A stretch of 64,000 bases of DNA from the IMG/VR virus record IMGVR_UViG_3300027736_001324, positions 62,001-126,000 of that record. One strand, 5' to 3'. Below, one piece after another: positions 1-11,619 of this stretch (position 1 is the stretch's first letter; every line of letters starts with the position of its first letter). Below the pieces are notes generated by a model, which was not told the origin of the DNA, did no database searches, and worked only from the letters and a program-made list of their open reading frames with translations. Both the position numbers and the translations under genes were made by a program.

Positions 1-3000
1 ACAAATGCTAAAGATTTAGATTACGGCTCACAACCATACTATGGCACTGCGCTAGATTTTAATGATAATCGTGTTACTGTAGGAACTCCTAACTTTGCGC
101 CAACAACTAACGCCAATGACACCAATGGACAAGTAATTACTTATGTAAGTTTAAGTAGCGAACCTGATTGGGCAGTATTTAGAAGTACAAGCGCAATTGT
201 TGATGTTAATAGTTTAGGGCCTATTCAGTTGTTTAGTGCAAGCACCAATCAAACACTAGAGAATTTAGATTATTTTGATCCCTTGCAAGGCAAATTATTG
301 GGGGCTATACAACAAAATATAGATGTTATATCTAATGTAGATCCAGCTGGATATAATAGTCCTAGCTATACCCAGGGTAATTTAGTTTGGGGGCCTGAAA
401 AATTAGGCATGATTTGGTTTAATACCAATAACACTAGATTTATGAATTATCATCAAAATGATGTAACATACAACAGTCAGTGGTGGGGTAGAGTATTCCC
501 GGGAAGTGATGTTTCAGTTTATTCTTGGGTTGTAAGCAATGTGCCGCCGGCACAATATCCAGGTCCTGGTGTACCATTTAGTCCAACTGATTATAGTGTA
601 CAAGGCGTAATTAATGCTGAGGGATTAGTAGTACCTGTTTATTACTTCTGGGCAAGAAACACTAATACTGTGTTTACCCGCAGAGATAAGACATTAGCTG
701 ACACTACATTGCAATTATATATTGCTAACCCACAGGGAACTGGCATTAGTTATTTCTCACCGTTATTACCAAATGTGTTTGGATTATATAACTGTTTTGA
801 TTATGTTAATGGAAATGATACAACATTACATATTGGATATGCAACAGCAAACAATGATGATGTAGCGCATAATCAATATAGTTTGATTAGAGCAAATTAT
901 GCTGATGACTTCTTGCCCGGCGTACCGGGCTCAGGCGCAGCATATCAATATCACGGGGCAGTAGGGATTACAGAGCCAACTAGTCTATACAATAGAATGT
1001 TAGATAGTATGTGTGGCGTAGATAATTTTGGAGCAGTGGTTCCTAATCCGCTATTGCCAAAACTAGTACAAACAGGTGTATTGGCTAAGCCAAGACAAGG
1101 TTTCTTCTACGACAGATTTGGTGCATTACAGAATTATTTACAGTATGCGAATGAAATATTAGCACAGTATCCTATAACTGAAACCAGAAATGCTGCATTT
1201 TTATCAAAAACCGGCACATTCTATGACACTAAAAATTATTGGAATTACATAAACTGGTGGGCAACAGGATATAATAATAATACTAAATCATCATTACAGG
1301 TTTCTATCTACGCAGACTTATCTACGTTGGATGTAGCAGCGGGCACAATTGTTACAGTAGCAGCAAATAGCGCCGGCAATAGCGAAACATACATCTATAA
1401 TGTTGATGGTACCTGGACACGAATTGGATTAACAAACGGCACAATAGAGTTCAGTAGCTATCTTTGGGATTATCCAAGTGCTAAATTAGGGTTTGGTGAT
1501 AATTTCTTTGATACAAACTTATATGATGAATATCCTAGTGAAGAAACACGTAACATAGTTCGTGCATTGAATGAAGAAATATATACCAATGAATTATTAA
1601 TTCATAGAAATAAAAGTTTAATATTATTATTTGAATATATTCAAAGTGAAACTGTTGAAAATCAAAATTATTTACCATGGTTAAACAAAACTTCATTGAT
1701 GGATGTTTCACATACTATTAGAGAATTATTACCATTGGAAGTATTTCGTTCTGATAATCAAGACTTCTTGGCAGGATATATTAATGAAGTTAAACCTTAT
1801 CACGTAGTAATTAAAGAATTCTTATTCAAGTATACAAAAACTGATGTATTTGAAGGAGACATAACTGACTTTGACATTCCATCACAATTTAACACAACTG
1901 TACAGCAATTCATATCTCCTGAGTTAGTATATGCTAATCCAAGTGGCGACAACCAATTCTTGCCAACTGATCCAATATGGCAAACTGCTCCTTATAGCCA
2001 ATGGTTTAGTAATTATGGATTGAGCATAGGATATAGAGTAGAAAACACAGTAGCAGGTGAGACTAATTATCCTATTACTAAATTAGCATCGTATGTTTCA
2101 TTAAGTTCTAACTCACTGTATGTTGATAATGTTAATGGTTTTCCAGTAACCGGTTCAATACTAATTGGGACAGAAGAAATTGCATACAGTTCTATAGATT
2201 TATTAACTAATCAATTATTAGGATTGGCTCGTGGATATAATAGTACTACTATAGAACAACATATTCCCGGCGAACAAATATATATTGATTTGCCAGCAGT
2301 AATAGTATTGAATTCAGGTAGAGGATATACTGAACCTCCTAGAGTTACTGCATATATTGACACTACGGTATATCCTGCACCAAGAGTAGTTGCACAACTT
2401 GAACCTATAATGAGTTTAGATTCAGTTATAGGTGTTAAAGTTTTAAATCCGGGCGAAGGCTATGCAGTTCTCCCAACAATTCAAATTGACCCTGCATTTA
2501 CAATTACATTTAATAGTACAAGTGTTAATGTTGATAATAGTACTATTGAAATAGAAGCACCATTATTACAAACAGGAGATTTATTAATATATAATATCCC
2601 AGCCGGATCTACTAAAATAGGTGGATTAGTTGATGGACAAAAATATTATGTTGGAGTTTTAGAAACTACCCCGTCTACTGTTATTGCATTGTATGATACA
2701 TATTTTACTTTATTAAATGATCACGACAGGGTGCCATTGACTAGTCAGGGTTCAGGAACTCAAACATTAAAAGTAGGAGCAGTAGCATCTTGCATAACAA
2801 GTTCTATTCCAACAAGAGAAAATTCAATAACCTTACGCTATGATAGAACCTCATATACCTCTCAAGTAATTGAGTGGGAACCATCTGGTTATTATGGGTC
2901 TTTTTATGCTGGATCATTCAACGATAGTTTAAGATTATCTTCATCTTCAATATCATTAGAAGCATCAAGCCCTCCAATCAGTTCGGTTTTAGCTAGTGCG

Positions 3001-6000
3001 CAGGGTGTTGGGTTCTCTATTTTAGATGTAGAAAATAATCAAACATTGACTTGGTCATCACGCACAAGAGATACTATACAAACATATGATAATACTACGT
3101 TGTATCCCAATGCGATAAGAATTAATCCAAGTACGGGCGGATCATCAGTAGATGCATTGTTAGGTTCTACCTTAGGATTCTATGTGGGTATGCCTGTGAA
3201 ATTTGTTGGTTCAATTCCAGCTGGTAGTCCAATCGTATCGTCAACTCCAATCGGTGTTACCCCGGAATCTACTACAATATATTATGTTAAGTCATTGCTT
3301 AAGTTACCTAAAATAATAGATGCAGGTTCTTTTGTATTCGGAAAAGTTTATACGATTGTTTCAGTAGGTAATACTGATTTTGTGGCAATAGGTGCTAGTG
3401 CTAATACAGTGGGTGTTGTTTTTACTGCAACTGGCACAGGATCTGGCACAGGTACAGCATCAGACGCAACATTATTAGAAGATACTGGATTTACAATTTC
3501 TGCCACAGTAGATACAGATGGTGTACCGGGCGCTACCTTTTCATTGACAACTGCAACAGTTGGAACCGCAGGGCTTACTTTGTATGTAGGTGAGTTAACT
3601 AATACTGCAATAATGACAGTTAATTATAATGGTATTAGAACAGTAACAGGAACAAGTTCTACAAATAATATCATTACAATACCATTAAATGCTATTGGGG
3701 AAAATGGAACAACAGGATTTTATCAAGGTCTTCCTATATTCTTCACTGGAAACGTATTTGGCGGTGTTGTTGAAAATGACACTTACTATGTAACTACAGT
3801 CATTGACTTGCAGAATTTCACTATGTCTACAATCAATGATCCATTAGTATTAACTGCAACTGCAACTAATGCATCCGGATATGCAATTACATGTAATACA
3901 ACATTGGGATTATCAGTAAATGATCCGATTATATTTACCGGAACAACATTTGGTGGTATAGTTGAAGGCACCATCTATTATGTAAGAGAGTTATTCTCTG
4001 GCAATTCAACATTCTCTATTTCAGCTTCTGTTAATGGAAGTGCAGTTGTTTTAACAACTGATTCAGGTTCATGTACTGTTACTAGTCAGGTTGATACTGT
4101 AGTATTAACTACATCAACCGGATCAATGACATTAAATATGGGCTTGCCAGTAAGTCCCGGACAAGTTAATGGACAACAATTTACATTGTATAAAACATCC
4201 GGGGAATACACTTCAGTATCTGGAACTGTTTCTAATTTAATAGAAAGAAATATTACTGCTACATTGGCTACAGTTAATAGAGTATGTTTAACTACAAACA
4301 GCGGTGGAATAACTAATATTTACACGAACATGGATTTTGATGTTGCTAGTAATATTGGTGGATTAACTACATCCGGCGGTCCATATACAGTTACTGGTAC
4401 AGGAACAACATCAATAACAGTTACCGCTACTTTTTCAAATAATAGATTAAGATGTACTGACACTGACATATTATACGAAGGAATGCCAATATATTTTAGT
4501 GGAACATCATTGGGTGGAGTATCACTTGATGAAGTATATTATGTATTAGATATTGTTAATTCTACTGATTTCACAATATCTGAATCACCTGCAGGATCAG
4601 AATTTGATACGTTAGGTGACAGTGGGTCAATGACTGGTACAGGTGAACCTTATCTAACTGTAGCAGATACATTATCTGATGCTACTGGATTAGTAACATT
4701 AACTCAATCAGTAGGAACTACTCCGACATTTAATGTAAGTTATATATTAGGTGGATATCAAGCTGTTGTTGCCACAGCTGGCACCGGCTATGCTGAAACT
4801 AATATTATAACTATTTTAGGAACTGCTATTGGCGGAACTACTCCTACAAATAATTTATCATTACAAGTATCGGCAGTTAATTCATCAGGCGGAATACTCG
4901 GCACTATTGCAAGTGGTGCTCCTGCAGGCGCAACAGAACAATATTATGTTAAAGTCTATTCTGAAACTCAGTTAGAATTATATGAAAATTCTAACTTAAC
5001 GGTTGCAGTAAGCGGACTAAACTTCCCATATACAGGAATAACAACAACTACTGCAACAGTAGCAACCGCATCTAATAATAGATTTACAGTTGGTAGTTCT
5101 GCTGGCTTCAATTTGAATGATTCTGTTGTGTTTACTGGAACAGTATTTGGTGGAGTCACACTAGGGGAAACTTATTATATTCTAGCTAAACCAACTTCAA
5201 CTACTGTTACTATTTCTACATCAATCGGTGGAACAGTTTTTGATATAACTGCTGATGACACTGGCTCAATGTCAATGGCTAAAGCTGGTGATTTTGCGTT
5301 GTTACCAGAACCGTTCTTCTTTGATGCATCTGTTGTAAAATATAATAATCGTCTATATCAATGTATTATTAGCAATAATGACCAAGACTTTATCTTTGGC
5401 AAGTGGGAATTGTTGCAAGCTGGAAACTATAACTTAAATGCACTAGATAGAATTGTTGGTTACTATAAGCCGAACAAAACAAATACTGAAGCATGGGCAC
5501 AATATATTAATATGCCCGGTGATGACTTGACGCAGTTAGTATCTGGAATAACATATCCAAATGCAACATACTTAGGTAATCCGTTTGCCCCAGCAGACGA
5601 ATTCACACTTGATACTATCTTAACTGATAGGCCATTCTATGCCACTGGATTAGATTTGAAAGCTGTAATTTGGAATGGCACAACTTATATTAGTGCAGCA
5701 GATACAACTTCATATACTTCATTGAATGTAAGTGCAAATAGTGTAACCTGGGCTATAACACAACTATCAAATTCAACTATCAATGTTACTGACATGATAT
5801 TTAATGGTTTGTATTATGTTATGACATGTAATAACAGTGCAACTCCTGTATTAACAAGTACAGATGGAATTAATTGGAGTACTATTACTTCATACACTCC
5901 ATATGGATTAACAGCTACTACGATACCATTATCATTGAATAGCATAGTGTATCAGACTAGTTTGCCATATGTTGCAGTAGGAAATACTATTCTTATTTGT

Positions 6001-9000
6001 GCTGATGTAATAAATCTAGCAGCATGGACTGAAGTTTACAGATTGCCAACTACAGCTACATTTAACGGCAACCCAGTTGCGGTAACTAATGTACTTAACG
6101 GAGTTACTTATGCACATACAACTGGTTACACTGGATTTGTTGCAGTTGGTTTAGGACAAACACCGTCTGGTTCTAATTTAGTTAATGTAGCATTAATATA
6201 TACTAGCGTTGATGGAATTACTTGGAATCAAGTAACATTCAATGCTACAACATACGGGTTTAATGCAATCGCATCTAACGGACAAACAATTGCAGCAGTC
6301 GGTGATCATGGCATCATCTACACAAGTACCAATGCAATTACTTGGTTTGCACAATCATCTGGAACTGTTCGTAATCTAACTAACATCATTTGGGACAGTG
6401 TTAATAATGTATTTGTTGCGCTTGGTGAAAACGGTGTAATTTTAACTTCTGATATATTTGGCATTACATGGACTGCCCGAACATCAGGCACAACTGAAAC
6501 ACTAGAAAGCGTTGTTTGGAACAATGATGATAGTGAATATGTAGTAGTTGGTTTAAACAATACTGTATTGAGAAGTACCGACCTGACCACATGGACATCA
6601 ACATCTAATTTTGTAACTCCAGAAGCTGTGTACACCGTACAGGGGGATGCATTTACAGCAGGTTACGGTCCAGAAGAAATGGTACCAGGCATAGTGTCTG
6701 ATACGATTACGATGATTACTAATACTCGTCCTGGATCAAACTGGGATGAAACAATATATCAACATGTTGGATATGGTGTAGTTTCTTTAGAATTGACTCC
6801 AACCTCAGGAAATCAAGTTGAATATAGTTTTGTCAACGCAACAATTGTTCCAACTCAAGTTAGTGTATTTGTAATAGATTACGCTACTGGATTAAGCACC
6901 ACTTTATATGAAGGTATTGATTATTCAGTTGATTGGATTAATAAAATAGTAACATTAGATACTCCTATTAATTACATTACTCCGGGTACTGATACTTTAC
7001 GCATTGACGTATATGAAGTTGGTAATGGAGATCAATTAGTTAAAGCAAATACAGAAACTGATCCTATCAGATTAAATTCAACAACAGGCTTCCATGAAAT
7101 TTATGTTAATGCAAATTATACTGCTGGTATATATCAAGGATCAGGGGTAATTAGACCCACTACTGAACCATTAAAAGCAATTGCACTTTTAACTAACGGA
7201 ACATCTGATGCGATAACTTGTGATTCTGTAGAAAACTTTGTGTTGAATAGTCCAATAACATTTAGCGGAACAGTATTTGGTAATATTGTAGAAGATCAAG
7301 TTTATTATGTTAAATCTATTAGTGGTGCAACAAACAGAATTACTATATCATTGACTGTCAACGGTGATACTTTTGCATTGGCTGATGCCACAGGATCCAT
7401 GACTGCAATTATACAAGTGGGTACTGGTATTGTGTGGACTCCCCCTGCAATGTATCACAATGGATCTCCGTTGACATTGGGTACTACTAGTATCGTTACT
7501 AGAACAAAATCAACTACTAATACTATCACAACCAATTCAACCGGAACGATGGTACCAAATCAATCAATCGTATTCAGTAATACAATGTTTGGGGATGTAA
7601 TTGTACCACAACAAGTGTATTATGTAAAAACAGTATATGATGCAAATGAGTTTACTGTATCAGAAACTCAAGGTGGAGATACATTAGAATTATCTGATGC
7701 AACCGGCGGCGCAATATTCATTACCAATGATTATGCAATCGGATTAGCAGATAATGGTGTCACTGCATCAATTATGCTAGCAGCAGATTATGATGTTACT
7801 ATAGATTATCTAGCATATACTTTAATGGGTGAAACATTGCCTATACAGTATGGTTATACATTGCCAATAGTAGAAACATTTGTCGGTGATGCTGTTGGAA
7901 CAGCATCATTCACTTTGACTAACTATTTGGGAGGAACTAACCCAACAAATGCAATTGTGGAAATTAATGGGGTAAGACAGAATAATTCTGCATACACAAT
8001 AAATGATATTAATAATACAATATTATTTTATAGTCCACCATCTGATGGAGATGTTATTTCAGTAACCACATATAACTTAACTGACCGTCAATATTTTAAT
8101 ACACAATACAATATTACAAGTTCCGGAGCAGGTGTAGCAAGTATTACAATAAGCAATACTACTGCAACAGCAATACCGTTTGATTACAGTGTTCTTGCTG
8201 GAAGTTTTGTTATTGGACAACTTTATACTATACAATCACTTAACGATGATGCATATCCTACTCCCGGAGCAAATACAAATTTCACTTTAATTGGGGCCTC
8301 TTCAAATACAGTAGGCGTTACATTTACTGCAACCGGCCCCGGAACTGGAACTGGATCAGCGATAATTGCCGGCAATGGATTTGATGCTACACAACAAACT
8401 GTATTACAAACGGCCGGATCATTTGTTTTGACTAATGTTTATTCTATTGTAACATTAGGAACAACGACTAATACACAATGGAATACTATTGCAGGAACAT
8501 CCGGCGTAACTTACAGCGTTGGTAGTACTTTTACTTGTGCTAATATTGGTACAGGTTTGGGGAACGGAACGGCCTATGCTTACTCATCTGGCTTGTATAG
8601 TCAATCATTATATTATTTGACATTGGCTTCAGGTACTACAAGTTCATTGATAATTAATAGTTCTATTGTATTTGAAAATGTAATAGGTGGAATAGTTGCT
8701 GGACAAACATATTATATAACAGAAATATTAAATTCTACTGACTTTGTTATCTCAAGTCAAGTGGGAGGATTACCATACGAAGTTACCACTGACAGTGGAG
8801 CAATGACTAGTGTTGTTGGTGAGCTAACTGTTTCTAACATTGTTGGAATAGATAATTCTATCACTACTCCTGTTGCAATTACTGTTTCAGGAACTATAGC
8901 CGCGGATGATTCAGTAATTTGTAGCACTACAAGTAATTTAACTGTTGGACAAGATATAATATTTAAAGCAGCAATTATAGGAGTTACTGAAGGAATAGTA

Positions 9001-10800
9001 AACAGTTATCAATATCAAATTATTGATTTAGGTACTACTACTAATGCTGAATGGAATGACATTGCATTAACGTCCGGTGTTACATATGAAGTAGGTAGCA
9101 CGTTCACCGTGCTTGCAGCTTCAGCAGCAGCGGGAACCGGCACTGTGTTACTTACTAATTTAGGTGGTATCAGCACACTTGGTGAAGTTTATTTTGTTAG
9201 AGCATTATTAGATAGCACACATTTTACTATAGAAGATCAATATGGTAATATAATTGAACTTACTGATACCTCAGGTAATTCATTATATGCATACAGCGGA
9301 GGCTTAGTAGCAGTTAGAGTTATAACTGGAATTGATCACGGTTTAACAGAAAATTCATTAATTCGTATTGACGGTGTAGTTGGATCAACCCAGTTAAACA
9401 ACAATACATATTATGCTAGAATAATAAGTAATACTGAATTTGATTTGTATACCTATCCATACAATCCTGCATATGGAGCTATTAATTACCCGGTCGTTGC
9501 AATATCTGCATATATCTCAGGTGGATATGCATGGTTAGATCAATTGTTTACTATTGCTACTACTGTAACAATTGGAACAAATTCTACTAATAACAGAATT
9601 GCTGTACAAGACGGAACTAAATTAATACATGGAACTCCGGTATACTTTACTCAATTTGGCGCTACTCAAAATGAAGATATATTGGGTAATATTTTAGCAC
9701 AGCATGAATATTATGTGTATGAAATTACACCGGCAACAAGTGTAGATGATTTTGTAATAGGGTACCAGTATCAAATTTTAGAATTGGGTGATACTGACTG
9801 GAACTTTGTTGCAGGTACAGTAGACGTTGATTATGTTGTAGAGGATATAATTACAGTTGAGGATGTTGATTCAGGAACAACAGGCGTTGCAAGTAGTTTA
9901 CAAGAATTTACTATTAGCGAAACTCGCTATCCAAATGAATCAATTTTTGCAGTAACAACAGCTACAGGTGTAGTAAATGTTTCTCAATTCCAACAAATCA
10001 ATGTTGATAGATTGTGGGTAACTGTAAATGGTTTACGAGTTCCGGCGTCGTCATTGAGACTAAATGAATATAATAATTTAAGTATTTTGACAACTATTCA
10101 AACTGGCGATGTAGTTATTATAACTAGTATGATGCCAACAGCTACTCCAAATGAAGAAACTTATTTATTAAATGTAACTACAAGCAATCAGCCATCTGTA
10201 TATAGAGCAAATTCACAGACTAGAACTTGGTTAACTCACCCATTAGAATACACTGATACTTTGATTTATTTAAATGATGTAAGTCGTATAACCGATACTA
10301 TTGTTCAGGATGTAACGTGTCCAGTTGCTGTAGACGGGTTATATAATATTGGATTAACTTCTAATAAGAACGTAATATGTCATTTGACAGTTTATAACAA
10401 TACAACTTCTACCTTAGTGGACCCAGTAAATTATTCAACAATTGTTGTAGATACCGCTCCAATATTGCAAATTTCTGCTCAAGTTTCAGTTGGGGATTCA
10501 TTGACAATCACTTCAGTTGAAGGTAGATTATTATATGTCAATGGGGAGCAAATTGGATTCAGAGAATGTGATTTGACCAACAATACAGTCAGTGATTTGC
10601 AACGCGGAACAAACGGCACAGGTACACAGACTTATATTCCGTTATATTCTGAAGCATACGGATTGGTTCCAAATAATCGTATGACAGACGTACTATATTC
10701 TTCTGCGTGGAATTCTTATGTATACAATACAGTTGAGGGCGATCCGTTGCAGATTAGTGACACATTGGGAGCAGGTTTCTTAAGAACGGATAGAACTTAA
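1..10800 (+). CDS. Giant virion structural protein (baseplate/tail-associated), 5'-truncated by the window edge
   Basis: The frame is open from base 1, so the track start at 229 is internal. T/G/S/V-rich beta-strand composition; repeated 'FxGxxFGGIxxxxxYYV...FTIS' and 'AGSFVxGxxYTIxxxGxT...G.GTG' modules; beta-propeller-like 'S.DG.TW' repeats near 5.7-6.6 kb; lies upstream of tail-fibre genes. Confidence 0.75.
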   Translation, partial: TNAKDLDYGSQPYYGTALDFNDNRVTVGTPNFAPTTNANDTNGQVITYVSLSSEPDWAVFRSTSAIVDVNSLGPIQLFSASTNQTLENLDYFDPLQGKLLGAIQQNIDVISNVDPAGYNSPSYTQGNLVWGPEKLGMIWFNTNNTRFMNYHQNDVTYNSQWWGRVFPGSDVSVYSWVVSNVPPAQYPGPGVPFSPTDYSVQGVINAEGLVVPVYYFWARNTNTVFTRRDKTLADTTLQLYIANPQGTGISYFSPLLPNVFGLYNCFDYVNGNDTTLHIGYATANNDDVAHNQYSLIRANYADDFLPGVPGSGAAYQYHGAVGITEPTSLYNRMLDSMCGVDNFGAVVPNPLLPKLVQTGVLAKPRQGFFYDRFGALQNYLQYANEILAQYPITETRNAAFLSKTGTFYDTKNYWNYINWWATGYNNNTKSSLQVSIYADLSTLDVAAGTIVTVAANSAGNSETYIYNVDGTWTRIGLTNGTIEFSSYLWDYPSAKLGFGDNFFDTNLYDEYPSEETRNIVRALNEEIYTNELLIHRNKSLILLFEYIQSETVENQNYLPWLNKTSLMDVSHTIRELLPLEVFRSDNQDFLAGYINEVKPYHVVIKEFLFKYTKTDVFEGDITDFDIPSQFNTTVQQFISPELVYANPSGDNQFLPTDPIWQTAPYSQWFSNYGLSIGYRVENTVAGETNYPITKLASYVSLSSNSLYVDNVNGFPVTGSILIGTEEIAYSSIDLLTNQLLGLARGYNSTTIEQHIPGEQIYIDLPAVIVLNSGRGYTEPPRVTAYIDTTVYPAPRVVAQLEPIMSLDSVIGVKVLNPGEGYAVLPTIQIDPAFTITFNSTSVNVDNSTIEIEAPLLQTGDLLIYNIPAGSTKIGGLVDGQKYYVGVLETTPSTVIALYDTYFTLLNDHDRVPLTSQGSGTQTLKVGAVASCITSSIPTRENSITLRYDRTSYTSQVIEWEPSGYYGSFYAGSFNDSLRLSSSSISLEASSPPISSVLASAQGVGFSILDVENNQTLTWSSRTRDTIQTYDNTTLYPNAIRINPSTGGSSVDALLGSTLGFYVGMPVKFVGSIPAGSPIVSSTPIGVTPESTTIYYVKSLLKLPKIIDAGSFVFGKVYTIVSVGNTDFVAIGASANTVGVVFTATGTGSGTGTASDATLLEDTGFTISATVDTDGVPGATFSLTTATVGTAGLTLYVGELTNTAIMTVNYNGIRTVTGTSSTNNIITIPLNAIGENGTTGFYQGLPIFFTGNVFGGVVENDTYYVTTVIDLQNFTMSTINDPLVLTATATNASGYAITCNTTLGLSVNDPIIFTGTTFGGIVEGTIYYVRELFSGNSTFSISASVNGSAVVLTTDSGSCTVTSQVDTVVLTTSTGSMTLNMGLPVSPGQVNGQQFTLYKTSGEYTSVSGTVSNLIERNITATLATVNRVCLTTNSGGITNIYTNMDFDVASNIGGLTTSGGPYTVTGTGTTSITVTATFSNNRLRCTDTDILYEGMPIYFSGTSLGGVSLDEVYYVLDIVNSTDFTISESPAGSEFDTLGDSGSMTGTGEPYLTVADTLSDATGLVTLTQSVGTTPTFNVSYILGGYQAVVATAGTGYAETNIITILGTAIGGTTPTNNLSLQVSAVNSSGGILGTIASGAPAGATEQYYVKVYSETQLELYENSNLTVAVSGLNFPYTGITTTTATVATASNNRFTVGSSAGFNLNDSVVFTGTVFGGVTLGETYYILAKPTSTTVTISTSIGGTVFDITADDTGSMSMAKAGDFALLPEPFFFDASVVKYNNRLYQCIISNNDQDFIFGKWELLQAGNYNLNALDRIVGYYKPNKTNTEAWAQYINMPGDDLTQLVSGITYPNATYLGNPFAPADEFTLDTILTDRPFYATGLDLKAVIWNGTTYISAADTTSYTSLNVSANSVTWAITQLSNSTINVTDMIFNGLYYVMTCNNSATPVLTSTDGINWSTITSYTPYGLTATTIPLSLNSIVYQTSLPYVAVGNTILICADVINLAAWTEVYRLPTTATFNGNPVAVTNVLNGVTYAHTTGYTGFVAVGLGQTPSGSNLVNVALIYTSVDGITWNQVTFNATTYGFNAIASNGQTIAAVGDHGIIYTSTNAITWFAQSSGTVRNLTNIIWDSVNNVFVALGENGVILTSDIFGITWTARTSGTTETLESVVWNNDDSEYVVVGLNNTVLRSTDLTTWTSTSNFVTPEAVYTVQGDAFTAGYGPEEMVPGIVSDTITMITNTRPGSNWDETIYQHVGYGVVSLELTPTSGNQVEYSFVNATIVPTQVSVFVIDYATGLSTTLYEGIDYSVDWINKIVTLDTPINYITPGTDTLRIDVYEVGNGDQLVKANTETDPIRLNSTTGFHEIYVNANYTAGIYQGSGVIRPTTEPLKAIALLTNGTSDAITCDSVENFVLNSPITFSGTVFGNIVEDQVYYVKSISGATNRITISLTVNGDTFALADATGSMTAIIQVGTGIVWTPPAMYHNGSPLTLGTTSIVTRTKSTTNTITTNSTGTMVPNQSIVFSNTMFGDVIVPQQVYYVKTVYDANEFTVSETQGGDTLELSDATGGAIFITNDYAIGLADNGVTASIMLAADYDVTIDYLAYTLMGETLPIQYGYTLPIVETFVGDAVGTASFTLTNYLGGTNPTNAIVEINGVRQNNSAYTINDINNTILFYSPPSDGDVISVTTYNLTDRQYFNTQYNITSSGAGVASITISNTTATAIPFDYSVLAGSFVIGQLYTIQSLNDDAYPTPGANTNFTLIGASSNTVGVTFTATGPGTGTGSAIIAGNGFDATQQTVLQTAGSFVLTNVYSIVTLGTTTNTQWNTIAGTSGVTYSVGSTFTCANIGTGLGNGTAYAYSSGLYSQSLYYLTLASGTTSSLIINSSIVFENVIGGIVAGQTYYITEILNSTDFVISSQVGGLPYEVTTDSGAMTSVVGELTVSNIVGIDNSITTPVAITVSGTIAADDSVICSTTSNLTVGQDIIFKAAIIGVTEGIVNSYQYQIIDLGTTTNAEWNDIALTSGVTYEVGSTFTVLAASAAAGTGTVLLTNLGGISTLGEVYFVRALLDSTHFTIEDQYGNIIELTDTSGNSLYAYSGGLVAVRVITGIDHGLTENSLIRIDGVVGSTQLNNNTYYARIISNTEFDLYTYPYNPAYGAINYPVVAISAYISGGYAWLDQLFTIATTVTIGTNSTNNRIAVQDGTKLIHGTPVYFTQFGATQNEDILGNILAQHEYYVYEITPATSVDDFVIGYQYQILELGDTDWNFVAGTVDVDYVVEDIITVEDVDSGTTGVASSLQEFTISETRYPNESIFAVTTATGVVNVSQFQQINVDRLWVTVNGLRVPASSLRLNEYNNLSILTTIQTGDVVIITSMMPTATPNEETYLLNVTTSNQPSVYRANSQTRTWLTHPLEYTDTLIYLNDVSRITDTIVQDVTCPVAVDGLYNIGLTSNKNVICHLTVYNNTTSTLVDPVNYSTIVVDTAPILQISAQVSVGDSLTITSVEGRLLYVNGEQIGFRECDLTNNTVSDLQRGTNGTGTQTYIPLYSEAYGLVPNNRMTDVLYSSAWNSYVYNTVEGDPLQISDTLGAGFLRTDRT

Positions 10801-10814
10801 AGATAAATAAATAT

Positions 10815-10967
10815 ATGAACGAAAAACTGGAAGAAAACAAAGAACAAACGCCCGTGGCACAGGAGAAAAAACCCAATGAACACGGGGGTTTTTACTTTTC
10901 TTCCAGCGTAAAGATAACGGACCCAAATACTAAGGAAGTCTTAGTACATACACGAGGCGATAATTAA
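10815..10967 (+). CDS. Small 50-aa protein (MNEKLEE...KITDPNTKEVLVHTRGDN), not in the ORF track
   Basis: ATG 5 nt after TAAATA; the stop abuts the next ATG; resembles the N-terminus of the next protein (KIYDPNNGEIFV). Confidence 0.7.
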   Translation: MNEKLEENKEQTPVAQEKKPNEHGGFYFSSSVKITDPNTKEVLVHTRGDN

Positions 10968-11588
10968 ATGTCAGTAATAACACTATCATATAAAGTAGAA
11001 GGATTTATCAAAATCTATGACCCTAACAATGGGGAAATATTTGTAGACAAGAAAAATGCTATAAATTATGAAACCATGTCTGAGGCCATTGCTGACACAT
11101 TAAGCAGTCGTGGTTACGGGGAAATCTATGAAATGGCGTTTGGGAACGGTGGCGCAAGCGTATCTGAGACCGGAGTTATTACTTATTTGCCCCCAAACGT
11201 AACCGGGCAAAATGCAGCACTATACAATCAAACTTACGCTAAAATCGTAGATGATACAAGTGTTTTTAATTTGGATCCTACACGCAACAAGATGACAGTT
11301 TCTCATACTACAGGGAAGTATTATACAGATATTTTGGTACAATGCTTGTTAGATTACGGTGAACCAGCTGGACAAGCAGCATTTGATAATAGTACACAAA
11401 CCGACAGTTCTTATATTTTTGATGAATTAGGTTTGCTTGCTAATTACGGGACTGATAGTTCGGGAGCAACTATCACTAGATTATTGACCCATGTGATTTT
11501 TCACCCGGTTCAAAAGAGTTTAAATAGACAGATACAAATTGATTACACGGTTAGAATTCAAAGTCTGACAAACTTAGTAACAATTTAA
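10968..11588 (+). CDS. Baseplate/tail-collar-like structural protein
   Basis: 'MAFGNGG', 'FDELGL' and 'HVIFHPVQKS...IQIDYTVRI' motifs typical of tail-fibre attachment proteins; structural gene context. Confidence 0.55.
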   Translation: MSVITLSYKVEGFIKIYDPNNGEIFVDKKNAINYETMSEAIADTLSSRGYGEIYEMAFGNGGASVSETGVITYLPPNVTGQNAALYNQTYAKIVDDTSVFNLDPTRNKMTVSHTTGKYYTDILVQCLLDYGEPAGQAAFDNSTQTDSSYIFDELGLLANYGTDSSGATITRLLTHVIFHPVQKSLNRQIQIDYTVRIQSLTNLVTI

Positions 11589-11619
11589 GATAAATAACAG
11601 ATATCGGAGTAATTTTAAA

